In this document: piece after piece, positions 1 through 12,890 of the stretch
How positions within the stretch are numbered: the first letter of the stretch is position 1
Layout of the letters: each line of letters opens with the position of its first letter
From: Podarcis vaucheri
Lineage: Eukaryota
NCBI GenBank assembly: GCA_965113315.1
Contig: OZ220367.1
DNA: 64,000 nucleotides
Direction: 5' to 3' (one strand)
The notes under the pieces: model-generated
What the model saw: only the letters and a program-made list of their open reading frames with translations
Database searches by the model: none
Told to the model about the DNA's origin: nothing
Translations under genes and position numbers: made by a program

Positions 1-188
1 GCCTGGTTACTCTCCAGTGCCAGAACAGCAAGAGGAAGATCCCCTCAGGAACCTGTAACTCCTTCATCTGCCTTCACTTAGGTTCATGTATGGGAACGAC
101 TTAATTTTGGCACTCTAGGAATTAAAAAACTGTAGCAACTGTGGGTGTAAAGAGTTGTGGGGTTTTTTTAAGAGTACAGCAAATGCAT

Positions 189-189
<1 letters not shown>

Positions 190-222
<33 letters not shown>
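190..222. repeat. (CA)n microsatellite
   Basis: Directly visible. Confidence 0.95.
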
Positions 223-225
<3 letters not shown>

Positions 226-2185
226 TGACACGGTTAGAGGAAAACAGGTTACAGCTAAAAGAAAAGTGGCAGGAGAAAAGCTGAACTATGACTTGGGCTT
301 CTTATATGTGCTCAAAGACTGAAAATTGTGCTATGCAATACACCTCAAGCATTTTGACTTACACCCTTTCACAGAGTAAAGATTGTTTTTAATCCTTCCC
401 TACCCCCCTGCGCCTTGACTGAGTTTCTCCTTCCCCACAGATCCACAACAGCAGCAGGAAGATCAAAAGTGGATGAAAAGATAACAGAGCTGGAAAGTTG
501 GGGTTCATTAACTCATTTACTGTGAGATTTCAAGGGATACACAACCCTGGCTGATAAAAAAATATCTTGGCTATCTGCTTTTATACAAGGCTGAGAATAT
601 CCACTAAAAATAGAATAACCAAGAGAAATGGCTAAAAAAAATGGCGGGGGGGGGGCTTTGCAGTAGGAAAGTTAACATTGTCTCTTACACAGTACTGCTT
701 AAGCAGCACCCACAACCTGCATATGAAGAACCTCAGGACTTTATTTTCTCATCTATACACACTACAAGTTTGCAAGTGTAGGTAAACAGCTTTTAGGCAT
801 ACGTTGCTTTGGAAGCATCTTACACAATGATAGGAATGGTTGAAGTGTTTTAAATAAATGAATCACATTTTGAGGTTTCAACTTCATAACTCCAGATAAG
901 CCAAAAGCTACTGGAAATTTTCCCTTCTCCATTAGCAGCAACACAGAGCTGAGAACTGTTTCAGTTTATATAGGCAAAACTGTTTTCCACCTATGAGGAA
1001 CTGTTTCCAATTCCTCTCAATTTCTCTTCCCACCTTCTGTAAAAAGTGTATTTTGAAAATTCCAGTTAATTAAAAAGTGTATTTTGAAAATTCCAGAAAT
1101 TAGAATCCCAGCTGGATTCTACCCATCAATTCAAAGTTTCTCTCTCTGTGTGTGTGTGTGTGTAAAATGTACTTTAGTCATATTTAGAAATATGTAGTAT
1201 TCTGAGCTACTCAAATAAACTTCAGCATTCAACTTTTCCATGTCCGCATGTACAATAGACATTAAGCATGAATTGTACTCTTCTAAAGTGTCATGGAATA
1301 ATCCCTCATCCTCAATGCCAGCAACGTACAGCAATCCTATCGTAAAACTTACCATCACTTAAAAAAATACTGTAAAAATTAACAATTATCCAAAGTACTG
1401 TTTATGAAAGTTCTTCTTTAAATTATAAAATATCATTTCCCCAAAGTAACAAATTATTCAAACATCACAATATAAACATCCCAGTCAACACAGCCACAGA
1501 CCAACACTGCTTGCACAAGAAGTATGATCAATTACATGTTAAGTGTTTAAGTACTTTTCATAATTAGTGGAAACTGTATCAGCATGCATTCCTCTGTCCT
1601 CATTTTTTTACCACTTCCCACTTGCTCAACCCACACACTTGAAAGAAACCTAGTGATTGGTGTGCCTGTCTGAGAGGAGTGGATAGTGGAAATTTCCTCT
1701 CCACTCTTCATTTTGCAAAGTAACTAGGAGGATTTTATTTCCATGTGAATGAAGAAAGGCTCACAACACAGCCAGCCCTCTTCTGCCAGACATGTATACT
1801 CTGCTTTGGGTGGTTCTTCCTTATTTCAGAGCACGTGCCCAAAGCTCATACAGTATACTAACAAAATGAGCAAGAGTATAGTCCACACTGCACTGTGCCC
1901 AACAGTCAAATACTCATTGACTCTGGTTTGCTACACCTCAACTGCACAGTTTTTATATAATTTATTGTTTTAAGCCACCTTGGATGGGCATTGTCTGGAA
2001 TGGGGGCTTGGAAGTACTGTACTTTAAATAAGCAATTTCTCTCCCATGTTTCTAAAGGCAATTCTCTGCAAGTTCCTCAATTTATACTTCCTTTAAAACA
2101 AAACCCAAGGAAACCTCGCCCTTTGGACAAAACTGGGTAAGGAAGGGGTGGGTGGGGAACACAACTATAACCTGGATGAAAGTAT

Positions 2186-2328
2186 NNNNNNNNNNNNNNN
2201 NNNNNNNNNNNNNNNNNNNNNNNNNNNNNNNNNNNNNNNNNNNNNNNNNNNNNNNNNNNNNNNNNNNNNNNNNNNNNNNNNNNNNNNNNNNNNNNNNNNN
2301 NNNNNNNNNNNNNNNNNNNNNNNNNNNN
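2186..2328. other. Assembly gap (N run)
   Basis: 143 Ns. Confidence 1.
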
Positions 2329-3292
2329 CGACAGAACAAAAGCGTGCTTGAAAAATAATGAGGGAAGAAAAGAGCGCTTGAGAAGTTCTGATGAAGGAAG
2401 AAGGCACATGCCTGCCTGGCGGCTTTTCAAACACCCACGGGAGTTAGCCTAAGCTGGATGGGAGTTACCTACTGGTGGAACCAAAAACGCTGCAGAAAAT
2501 AAAAGAGAAAACAGACATCCCGTTCTGAAGCCTTTCCCCGCCCGCCACCCGAGCGTGGCGAGAGCTCCCGGCGCGAAAAAAGAGATGCAACAGCCCCCGG
2601 GAGGAGCGCACCCACGAGGGGGAATCCTTTCCTCCTCCCTATCCCGCCCCACCGCCCCTCTCCCTCTCCCTCTCTCTGACATGGGGCGAGAGTGGGGGGT
2701 GGGGGACTCCCTAAGAGGACCCTGCCCCGTCCACGCTGACGCAGCTTGCCAGGAGGGAGGAGCCTGGCAACGGCAGAAGGTGGTCCCTCCGTAACCCCCG
2801 ACGGTGGGGAGCAGCGGGGGGGGGGGAGAGAGGGAGGGAGGAAAAGATAAGGAAGGCGGCGAGAGTCAGCTGGGGACACGAGCTAAGAAAACAGCCCCCC
2901 CCCTACTCACAACGGGCCCCTACTAGTCAGGCTCCCCTGAGGCGGCGAGGAGAGGGAGGAGGGGGAAGGCGGCAGGCGAAGCCACCTCTTTGGTGGGTCT
3001 GAGGAGATGATGCCGCCGCCGCCTCCTCCTCCTCCCGCTGTCACGTTCGGGTGGTCTATTTTTAGACGTGGGCAAGGCGCGCGGAAGAGCCGCTCCCGGC
3101 CCGTTGCTGCTGCTGCCGCCCGCCTCGTGGCCCCCTCGCCAGCTGAGGGAGGGAGAGAGACGGAGAAGGAGAGAGAGATGCGTGGTGGTGGGCAAGGCAA
3201 GCGCCCGCCGCGCCTCGCCTCCCGCCGCCCCTCGTGCCGGCCGCCCCCTCCCCTCCCTTCCCCGCGCGCGCTCGCTCGCTCGCCCTCCTCAC

Positions 3293-3401
3293 CCCAGCTC
3301 TTGGCCGTTCGCCCCAGGAACTCGCCGCTGTTGGGGTTGTAGATGAACCGCCGCCACTCGGCCATAGACTGGCTGAAGGGCTTCTTCTCCTCCTTGGCCA
3401 T
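3293..3401 (-). CDS. ATP1B3: Na+/K+-ATPase beta-3 subunit, coding exon 1 ([37 protein letters not shown]); intron 1 continues off the left end of the window
   Basis: ATG at 3401-3399. The peptide carries the beta-subunit N-terminal signature [16 protein letters not shown]. The 109-nt exon ends in a phase-1 donor G|GTGAG at 3292. It sits in a CpG island downstream of GRK7 on the same strand, as in other amniotes. Confidence 0.95.
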
Positions 3402-3621
3402 AACGAGAGAGAGAGAGAGAGAGAGGCTGGAAAGAGAGAGGGAGCTCGGCGGTTCGCGGGCGGCGGTTTTTCCCCTGCCGAAACAACAGCGGCTCCTCAG
3501 AACCGCTAAGTAACTCTCCCTCAGGCGCCCGGCGGGAGAGCAGAAGAGAGGAAAAGGAAAGAGGGGCTGGGCCAGTCGCACGCACCGAGCAAAACTACTC
3601 GCGCCGCCTCTTTCCACTCCC

Positions 3622-3770
3622 TACGTCAGAACCCGCCCCAGCCAATCGCCGCGCGGCCGAGGACGCCCCGAGCGTGCCCGCCCACCGCGCACCCCCGCAG
3701 CGCCACCTGCTGGAGGGATATGGCGGCGGAAAGGGCTTGGGCGCGCGAGCGAGCGGGGCGGGGCGGGGGG
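3622..3770 (-). promoter_or_regulatory. TATA-less proximal promoter motifs: CRE/ATF-like site, GC boxes, CCAAT box
   Basis: TACGTCA 3622-3628 (TGACGTA on minus), CCGCCC 3633-3638, CCAAT 3642-3646, GGGGCGGGGCGGGG 3755-3768. Confidence 0.6.
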
Positions 3771-4740
3771 AGGCGGGCTGGTCAGGAGGCGCCCGCGCGC
3801 TCATAGCGGCCCACGAGTGCCCGCCTCCTGCGTGTCAGGGATGCGGCGTCTCAAGCACGCCATCCTTTAATATTCTTCCCCCATGCATCACGTAAGGGGC
3901 TTCCCGCCGAAAGAGCAGCCTCATGCCGTCAACGGAAGATCCAGGGGGGACGAGAGACAAATGTTCAATTTTTCACACTTTGAGGGACAACTCCCGTCCC
4001 GTGACCATATATGGCATGAAATGTTGCAATACCCGTGTTGGAAGGAGTATGGTTAAAGATGCGCGCTTCATCTGTGCCTCCAGGCTCTTGATGTTGCGAA
4101 ATGTTGTAGCCTAGAAAACGGTAGGTAAAGAAACGCATGGGCTTCCTCCCAGCTCCTTCATGCAGAACTGTACAGGATGTTTGCCTGAGGTCAGAATTAC
4201 ATGTTGGCAACTAGAGCTGTAGACGGAGGCCCTGGGCGTTTAACACCCACAGTACATGCAAATATATATTCAAGACTTTTAATCTCTTCCTGGTGTGAAG
4301 ATCTGAAATTCTGCCTCTTAAGCAAAACCGATAGAAGATGAAAGTTAACAATCCTAAGATGGCAAAAGTGGTGTACTATCCGACCTGGGGCGGACTTTGG
4401 TAATATGGCCCTCAATATTTCTTATTTTCACAATAATTCAGACCCATTGAAGAGGCAATTGTATCAATTGTTGGCAGATAACTAGTTTGCAGTTCTGAAA
4501 GAACTGAAAAGTAAATGTTTTATCAATTAACCAATATTCCCATCCAAATATTAAACTGACACTAAACTGAAAAGTCTCTCTATATTTTCCTGCTCTCTTT
4601 CACTTTAATTTCTTTCCTCCTAGACTCTTAACTGTCATGCCTCATGACCTCTCACTCATTCTAAGTGTCTCTTCCTTTTTCAGGTTCTAATCACTGCCTT
4701 GGAATGTTCCTGTCGATCACAAGCAACTCCTCATCAATGA

Positions 4741-5200
4741 CATAAGAAAAGTATTGCTGGCTCTGGCCAAAGGTCCATGTAGCCTGGCATCCTGTTCTCA
4801 CTGTGGCTAACTGGGTGCCTATGGGAACTCCATAAACAGGACTTGAGCGCAATTCAGAACATATAGTACTCAGACAATGGAGACAGAACATAGCCATCAT
4901 GGCTAGCAGCCATTAATTTGTCTATACCTTTCTTAAAGCCACCCAAGTTGATAGGCATCACTACATCTTGCGTGAGAGAATTCTATGGCTTATCTATGTG
5001 CTATATGAAGAAGTACATTGTTTTTTCCCCTGTCATGAATCTTCCAACATTCAGCTTCACTGTCTAGGCCCCAAACCTAGTCTTACAAGTGAGGGACTTT
5101 CTCCAACCTTATATAAGCTATATTAAGTCCACTGCTTACTCCAAATGTTGAAACCTTTTCTCATAGTGGAGTTGCTTCATCCTCTTTTTCACTTTGATTG
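4741..5200 (-). mobile_element. Old CR1 LINE 3' fragment
   Basis: CATAAGAA...GGCCAAAGGTCCAT.TAGCC..GCATCCTGTTCTCAC; related to 53393-54030 and 32850-33100. Confidence 0.65.
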
Positions 5201-6162
5201 CCCTTTTGCTCTGAAAGGGCTTGTGGGTATTGCTCACCCCTCCCCACTTCTTGTAGTCAACACCATTGATTTTCCACCAGCTTCCTGAAGGCTCTCTTAC
5301 CAGAATATTTGTTCCTCAGGTGTGCATTTGACTTCAGCACCTTTCTCTCGCACACAATTTATGGATAACAGTGCAGGTGGAGATTGTGTATGGTCACTTG
5401 CTATTTGTCATAGCTGGCTGGGTAGCAGTAGTCCTACTTGAATAAGTTGTTTTAGGTTTATTTCCAATTATAAGCAGGATATGAACTGGGACTTTCACAG
5501 CAGAATAAATAAATTTCCCAATGTTACCTATGGGGCACTCATTGGTTCTAGGTGTTAACAGAATAAAAGAGGAGGACCAGGCTTGCAAGCAAAGTGTCTC
5601 TGTGGGAAAGGCCATGAGGAAATACAAGAACCTCTGGAGGACCACAGGTTCCTCATCCCTAGGATGCACAGATTATAGTCTTGCACTGGTTTAGAAAGGG
5701 TGAGGGGCAAGCATATAAAGCACCAAAAATGATGGAGGGGGGAAGGATGTCAAGAAAAGTTTCTGTCCATAGGACAGTCCCCAAATCACATGCCTCACTG
5801 TAGCCATATTTAATGGGGGGAAGGCACCTCAGAGGGGTTTGGCAGACCTCTTTCTGAGGTGCCTCTCCCCCTCCGTTAAACTTTGCCTCGGCTGCATTTA
5901 AAGGAGCGTAAACACGCTTCAGAAAGCGCTTTGCCAACCTCCTTCCATTAAACAGCTCACCTGGGCAACTTGCACTTCTTGCTTATTTGCCCGCCTGCCA
6001 TTTTGACATCATGCTAGAGTTGGCATGGCCACACAAACCATTGGCCACATAAACTGAAGCATGATGGCAGCCTTAGATTTTTATGTATATAGGAAAATTG
6101 ATAACTCTACCTCCTCCTATGAAGCCTTCCCAATATGCCCATATTACACACAGAACTGTGTG

Positions 6163-6745
6163 TGTCACAAGACCCAGAGTGCTGCTGCGATTGAGTTTGG
6201 ATCGACAAGAGGAGGAAGATTAAAGTGGAGGTGCTGAATGGCGGGAACCTGAGCTGGAGGAGGGAAGACCTCCTTCTTCTGCCCCAACCTCTGCCTCTTT
6301 GGAAGGAGAGCCTTCCTGCAAAGCAGAGAGCCCCAGTGGATACTGGGGAGGGCCAGGAGGCAGCAGTGACTAAATAGGAATGTGAACAGCAGGGTGCAAT
6401 CCTGTCACCTAGAATCAGGTACTGTCTTTGCAGATTAGACTGAAGCCACTCACCCTAACAGAGCACACATTTGTAATCCTGATATCCCCGCTAGTTTGAG
6501 TAAGTTTGGCAAGTGAGTGTGCCATTCCTCATCTTTAAAAGCTTGGCAGGCAGGGCATGGAGAGTTGACACCATTGTCATTTCCATCTATTGATGAACTT
6601 TTTGCCTTGTTCCTGAACTCCTGAATCATGTCCCCTGAGCTCTATGTCTGCTGCCAAGTCTGTTCCATTACTTGCCTAAATAAATATCTCTTTCTTGCTC
6701 CCAAGTAAGAGCCTTTGTCTGTGTGTATTGGGTAGAAGCGAGACA
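6163..6745 (+). mobile_element. Probable older solo LTR
   Basis: TGTC...GACA inverted termini, flanks GTGTG/ATGTG (4/5 TSD), purine-rich 5' half, AATAAA at 6679-6684. Confidence 0.55.
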
Positions 6746-7084
6746 ATGTGGCCAAATTACGGTTAAGGTTTTTGCATGCTAATAGGTAGCAGTGTTAATT
6801 GTTATATGTCATCTCTGCATGCAGACACTCAGAGCTGTTTGCTTCCGAGAACTCTGACACTGATACATGACACAGAGCAAAATGGTGTCTTCCATTGCAG
6901 ATGCAAGTCTTGCTGTCATGGTGCAACTGTCCAACTTTCATTGGCTATAGGAACATAGCAAATGTTAAAGTTGTAGCCTTTGGAGGACTGATGGAACTTC
7001 CTCGACAGCCTCATGCAGTACGGCCACCAAGCAAAGGATCATTAAAACTACTATGTGTATGCCCTCTTGCCATGCAGATTTATA

Positions 7085-7450
7085 GGTAAAGGTAAATGGA
7101 CCCCTGACCATTAAGTCCAGTCGTGACCGACTCTGGGGTTGTGGCGCTCATCTCGCTTTATTTGGCCTAGGGAGCCGGCGTTTGTCCGCAGACAGCTTCT
7201 GGGTCATGTGGCCAGCATGACAAAGCCGCTTCTGGCGAACCAGAGCAGTGCACGGAAACACCGTTTACCTTCCTGCCGGAGCAGTACCTATTTATCTACT
7301 TGCACTCTGACGTGCTTCTGAACTGCTAGGTTGGCAAGAGCAGGGACCGAGCAATGGGAGCTCAGCCCGTCGCGGAGATTCGAACCGCCGACCTTCTGAT
7401 CAGCAAGCCCTAGGCTCTGTGGTTTAACCAACAGCGCCACCCATGTCCCT
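7085..7450 (-). mobile_element. Sauria SINE (POM/Squam1 type)
   Basis: tRNA-like head with B box GGTTCGAAT, core GTGCAAGTAGATAAATAGGTAC, (ACCTTT)n tail, 13-bp TSD ATGCAGATTTATA. Confidence 0.92.
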
Positions 7451-8671
7451 ATGCAGATTTATATGTGCATGCAATTATCTAGAATGTTTTGTCAGCACTG
7501 TAGAGAAAATTGCAGATTAAGCCTGGTTTAGATGGCAATCTGATACAAGCAAAAGAGCTTCCTATACTAGCAGCCTTCATTTGAAAGTCTCATGATAAGG
7601 AGTCACTCTGAGAAAATGTTATGTCTGAAAGAGACAGAGAGAGAAAGAGAAATATCAGGGGTGAAATGCACCACAATTAAATTGGTTTTAGTACAACTGT
7701 AACAAAAGAAAGCCTACTTGTATGAGTGGCAGTTATTAAAAATAATACAGGAGCTGAAATCCTGCTGAGAAAGAAGACCTTTGTTTATAGAGTTGGAGAG
7801 GACACATAAGACATTTTCAAACTAAAGGTGCCTGAAAGCATGTACTTGAATCTATATTTATGTCTCTAAATAGATGACTTATCTTAAAATAATAGCTGTC
7901 TTACTGAAATGTCTATACATACTGTTCTTGGAATTAAAAATATTAACAGCTTCTTCCCTCTTTCTTTCTTCACAGTCCTCTAAACACACACACACACACC
8001 CTAATTATTTTCCATGGCATTTGGACTACTTCATACCAGAGTCTCCGGGCTTTGCCTCAGGTCAACGTTTAATTTTTAGCTGAGACCAAGAAACCACATT
8101 TTTCTATACTCATATATAAAAACACAAACGTTGAATACAAGATCAAGAAAAATTATGGCCTAATATAATTATATCAAATCCCCAAAATGGAGTGTTAAAT
8201 CAAACTTAGCATTTATCTTTGCTCCAACATGAAAAAACTGAAAAAGTAGCAAATAGCATTTTCTTTTAAAGAACATGATGCAAAACAATTGGTCAGCTGA
8301 TGGAATTGGCTTTTACTGCAGCTAAAGACTGAGACTGGCTGCAATTCTGCACCCACTCTCCCACGAATAAGCCCATGGAGGACTTATTTGCAGACATGTA
8401 TAGGATCACACTGTTAACGTACTAGCAGAGAAAAAGGATTCAGAGGCACAGAGATCCTATGCTGTGCAAGAGGACACTCACTGCCAGGGGTTAAAGAACA
8501 AGTTAAAAATAGAAGGAGAATTCTCCCTCCCTCATCTCTTGGCAAGCAGCTCTTCCTGCAAAATCCCATCCCTCTTTGCTGAGAAAGGATGGGCGTTTTT
8601 CACAAGTAGCACGGGTAGCACTTTTTATTCTAGAAGGTATCACTGCTGGATCTTGCTATCACACATTAAAA

Positions 8672-8674
<3 letters not shown>

Positions 8675-8708
<34 letters not shown>
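8675..8708. repeat. (GT)n microsatellite
   Basis: Directly visible. Confidence 0.95.
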
Positions 8709-8710
<2 letters not shown>

Positions 8711-8942
8711 AATGCATTAACTTTTTCACCAATGTAGCTTTATATATTTCAGATGCAGGAGGGAATGCAAAAAATAATTTGAGCATCAACATGGCTTTAA
8801 ACATCTTTCCTCGTTTAACTGTATCCATTGCACACTTATATGAATAGTCCTTTGCAGAGCCTTGCAGGCCTCTGATCAGCTTTCCTGATCCTTCTCTTCT
8901 CTCTTCACATTCTCCAAACATGCATACCAAGTAAAGCACAGG

Positions 8943-9111
8943 AGCTGCACGCACCCTATACCTTTAAAGCATATTTCCCCCCTCAAATAATTCTGGGCCC
9001 TGTAGGTTGCTGGAAATTATACTTCTGAGAGGGGTAAACTACAGCTCTCAGAATTCATTGAACGGAAAATGTGCTTCAGATTTTCTTTAAAGGTGTAGGG
9101 TGTTTGCAGCT
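8943..9111. mobile_element. Palindromic MITE (possibly PIF/Harbinger-like); decayed relatives near 35288-35460, 47850-47990 and 60000-60110
   Basis: ~26-bp TIR GCTGCACGCACCCTATACCTTTAAAG / CTTTAAAGGTGTAGGGTGTTTGCAGC. Confidence 0.6.
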
Positions 9112-9393
9112 TCAGCAAAACACAGGTATTGCAACAAGAATGTGTTATCGCATTCCAATGGCTTCTTACTGTAAGGCAGAAATTTAAACAGACAGAGGCT
9201 ATATGTTAATGTGGTGGTTTTTAAAATTCTATCTGAGCCACCCAGAGGTCACATGTTATTAGGGGGCCGTAGAAATATAGAAAAATTAAACAACGTTGAA
9301 AAGAGGATAGAGGTGGACTCAAGTATTTTGCTGGTTAGTCATTGTAATTATGCTGCCACAGGCTGATCCTAATCTATTTTAAAATGCTGTTTT

Positions 9394-9745
9394 GTGCTGT
9401 AGTCTAAACCACAGAATTTAGGGCTTGCCGATCAGAAGGTTGGCGGTTCGAATCCCCGCAATTGGGTGAACTCCTGTTGCTCGGTCCCAGCTCCTGCCAA
9501 CCTAGCAGTTCGAAAGCATGTCAAAGTGCAAGTAGATAATTAGGTACCGCTCCAGCAGGAAGGTAAACGGTGTTTCCATACACTGCTCTGGTTTCGCCAG
9601 AAGCGGCTTAGTCATGTTGGCCACATGACCCCAAAAAATTGCCTGTGGACAAACGTCGGCTCCCTCGGCCAGTAAAGCAAGATGAGCGCCGCAACCCCAG
9701 AGTCATTTGCGACGCGACTTAACGGTCAGGGGTCCTTTACCTTTA
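9394..9745 (+). mobile_element. Sauria SINE
   Basis: Same head, core and ACCTTT tail as the other copies. Confidence 0.92.
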
Positions 9746-11172
9746 ATCCTAATAAAGGACTGTTTTACTCTTCCTGTGTAGTAATAGCATGCATCACACA
9801 TCAAATTGTCATGTGTGGATAATACACTTTTATGAAATTCACATAGATGGAATTGGAAAGGGAAGCAGAAAAATGTAAAGCAACATGGCACAAACCAGAA
9901 GTATTAGCTCTATAACCAGTGTGGCGAAAGTGAAATTGTGAAAAATTCCTTTCTGCTTAACTGTAAGAAACAGCAGGCACATGCTTCTGCAAACTATCAA
10001 AAATGATAAAAGGCTTCCCGCTATAAAGCGAGGATGAAAATGTCTGTGTCACTGTGAAAGCAAAGTGATTGCAAAGGTCTGGCTGGCTGCCACTGAATCA
10101 GATGAGTAGTGCACAGCAAAATGGAATCATTGTATAAATTCCCATAAATACTCCCTACGCACTCAGGCAAGATTCTTGCATCAGGACAATGGTGAGAGAG
10201 CCCTGTAACCAAGAGGGGGAAAATGGCTTTGATAGTAAGTCAAATGTGGCACCTATTTTGCTCTAAACCTGTCGCCCCATCTGTATTTGCAATTATAGGA
10301 TGTTGCAGGTCAATGGAAGGCCCGGACTTTGCAGCGCTGTTGTTAAGACAATTAATTCTGTCAAGTAGTTTGCAAGTTTAAATGGTTATATAAAGAACAA
10401 TGAGGAAGAGGAGACAGTAGATATCTTCCTGAAATTATGTATTTAGCCCTCCCCATCATTTGGGCTGTTTTGAATATAAGTACTGTAGTAAATGAGGTGC
10501 CATATTTGAAAGCCAGTGTGGTACTTGACAAGAAACTGATAAAATTCAGTCTGAAACATGTATAATGCAAACTTTTGCTGTGCTGCTGTGTTTTTGCAGC
10601 ACGATCGAGTGGCACTCTAAACGAATGCTCGTGAGTCAGAGAGGACCTATAAATAGACCCTGCGTGCATGCAAGCACCCCTAACGAGGGTTTAATTGGTG
10701 AAAGTTAGCTTTTATGTAGTAGAGTCAGAAGGAAGATCGCTGTACTGGATTGAATGAGCCACTGGCATAAATTGTCCTCTCTCAGATTTATTCATTTAAC
10801 TGTGAGGTGTGCGTCGTTCGCTGGTTTGAAAGGCCTTGCTCTTCGGATCCTTAACCCTAAACACTGCAAGCCTGTGAAAACTGTTTAACCATATATATTT
10901 AATTTTTTTTAAAAAAAAATGTGTAATGATGGAATTAAACACTGCAGTGTGGACGTTGCAATGCTCGAGTTTTTCCAAGTCAGCTCACTGCAGCTCAGCT
11001 GCCCCAGATGCTGCTCATTGAGAGAATATTTGCTTATGCTGAAAAATTTAGCTGATCTGTGCATGCTGCAGGGGCAACAAAGCTTCCAACAGATGATGGC
11101 TTTTCATAAATCTAGACATGGAATGGGAAAAGGCAGAAGATGAGTAGCAGGAGAGGTGTCCTTATAGTGGCA

Positions 11173-11365
11173 TATAGGAACATAGGAAGTTGCCTTTAGA
11201 ACATAGGTTCATCCAGCTCAGTATTGCCTACACTGATTGGGCAGCAACTTTCCAGTGTTTCAGGCAGGGGTCTTTCCCATCCCTACCTATAGATGCTGAA
11301 GATTGAACCTGTGACCATCTGTATGAAAGGCAGGCCGTCTAGTGCTAGGCTACAGCCCTTCCCCA
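11173..11365 (-). mobile_element. Old tRNA-headed SINE with CR1-like tail (Squam2-like)
   Basis: Related to 19659-19840 and 58904-59103; tail CCTATGTTCCTATG. Confidence 0.65.
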
Positions 11366-11381
11366 ATAGAACAAGACATTG

Positions 11382-11640
11382 CAGTGGTACCTCGGGTTAC
11401 ATACGCTTCAGGTCACATACGCTTCAGGTTACATACGCTTCAGGTTACAGACTCTGCTAACCCAGAAATAGTGCTTCAGGTTAAGAACTTTGCTTCAGGA
11501 TGAGAGCAGAAATCGTGCTCCAGCGGCATGGCGGCAGCAGGAGGCCCCCATTAGCTAAAGTGGTGCTTCAGGTTAAGAACAGTTTCAGGTTAAGTACGGA
11601 CCTCTGGAACGAATTAAGTACTTAACCCAAGGTACCACTG
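11382..11640. mobile_element. Tc1/mariner (Tigger/pogo-like) MITE, family A
   Basis: TIR CAGTGGTACCTCGGGTTA / TAACCCAAGGTACCACTG; TA on the right flank. Confidence 0.9.
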
Positions 11641-11789
11641 TATCTGTTTTGAATGCATTAAAGGATCAAAAGAGCCCCTTGGATAGCCTGAAAACCAACA
11701 GGACACCATAAAAGGCTCATTCTGCAAGAATAATGATATCCAAAATGAACAGGGGAATGGGGAAGCTTCTGAGCAAGGAAATTGTAAAG

Positions 11790-11790
<1 letters not shown>

Positions 11791-11855
<65 letters not shown>
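11791..11855. repeat. Compound (TG)n(AG)n microsatellite
   Basis: Directly visible. Confidence 0.95.
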
Positions 11856-11858
<3 letters not shown>

Positions 11859-12560
11859 TTAGAAAAAGCATGATTAAGAAGAAATGATACGAATGTACAT
11901 AAACACAGTGCTGAGACATATAATAATATTGTATCCCTTACAATACTAGAACACAATGTAATCCAATCAAATCACTGAGCAGTGGGGATCTAAGATGGTC
12001 AGAATAAAATAATTCTAAATAGATTTGAAGTTAATTTGTGCAATTGGTTGTCACAGGATGTGGAGATGGCCACTATCATTTGATTGATTAGGGGATTGGA
12101 TAAATCAGAGTCAGCGGTTGGTATTGTTTGGCAATTGCTGGGTAACCCTGTCAACTCCTGACCTGTCTCCCCGCAGCGTCAACCCCCTACCTGCCTTCTT
12201 TCTCTGGGTTTTGGTGGCAATGGAATCAGCCCACCCAGAAAGATCTGGCAAAACACCCCTCTTTGACACAGTGCTGTGCCACTTCTGCCAGGGTCTCGTT
12301 CTCTCCCAGACAGAGGGTTGGCACACAATAAGGGGAAGGGGGGAGGAGCAAATTAGCTGCAGTTTCTGATCCCAGTCCCCATTGCTGCTCACTTGGTTGC
12401 CTGGGCAAATTACCTGCAAAAATAGCTCAGAAGACTACTGGGGCTTGCTGCCTCCATTCACTCATTTGCTTTTCGAAGCAGGCAAGCCAACACCAACAGG
12501 TGGTAGGAATAGCCGCTGCTGCCCAGAGGAAAAACGTGGCAAGTAGCTGCTGCGTCTATC

Positions 12561-12890
12561 ATTTATTTATGTATTTAATTAATTTATATGCCACCCTTCA
12601 TCTAAGGATCACAGGGTGGTATACAATATAAACAACACAATATACATAACAAATCAAACCAATTACCCTCCCCCCCCCAACACAGTTTAAAAGGCCATGG
12701 ATTGTTTAACTAGTGAAAGGCCTGGGAGAAGAGGCAAGATTTTGCCAGGCACCTAAAGTTAAGTAATGAAGGCGCCTAGCAAGTCTCCCTGGGAAGAGCA
12801 TTCCACAAGCAGGGAGCCACAGCAGAAAAGGCCTTTTCTCTCGTTGCCACCCTGCAGAGCAGACCTCTTGCAGAAGAGGCAGAAGAAGGA
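12561..12890 (-). mobile_element. L2 LINE 3' end (host copy; continues at 13611-13770)
   Basis: Minus strand GCCTTTTCTGCTGTGGCTCCCTGCTTGTGGAATGCTCTTCCC and an AAAT tail. Confidence 0.75.

Larger units (their letters stand above)
2450..3950. promoter_or_regulatory. ATP1B3: CpG island spanning the ATP1B3 promoter, exon 1 and start of intron 1
   Basis: Abrupt switch to very GC- and CpG-rich sequence compared with the AT-rich flanks; boundaries approximate. Confidence 0.9.

Noticed and set aside
2907-3617. 236-aa ORF and overlapping GC-rich ORFs around the CpG island
   Set aside because: Only 3401-3293 is real coding sequence; the rest is stop-poor UTR and intron.
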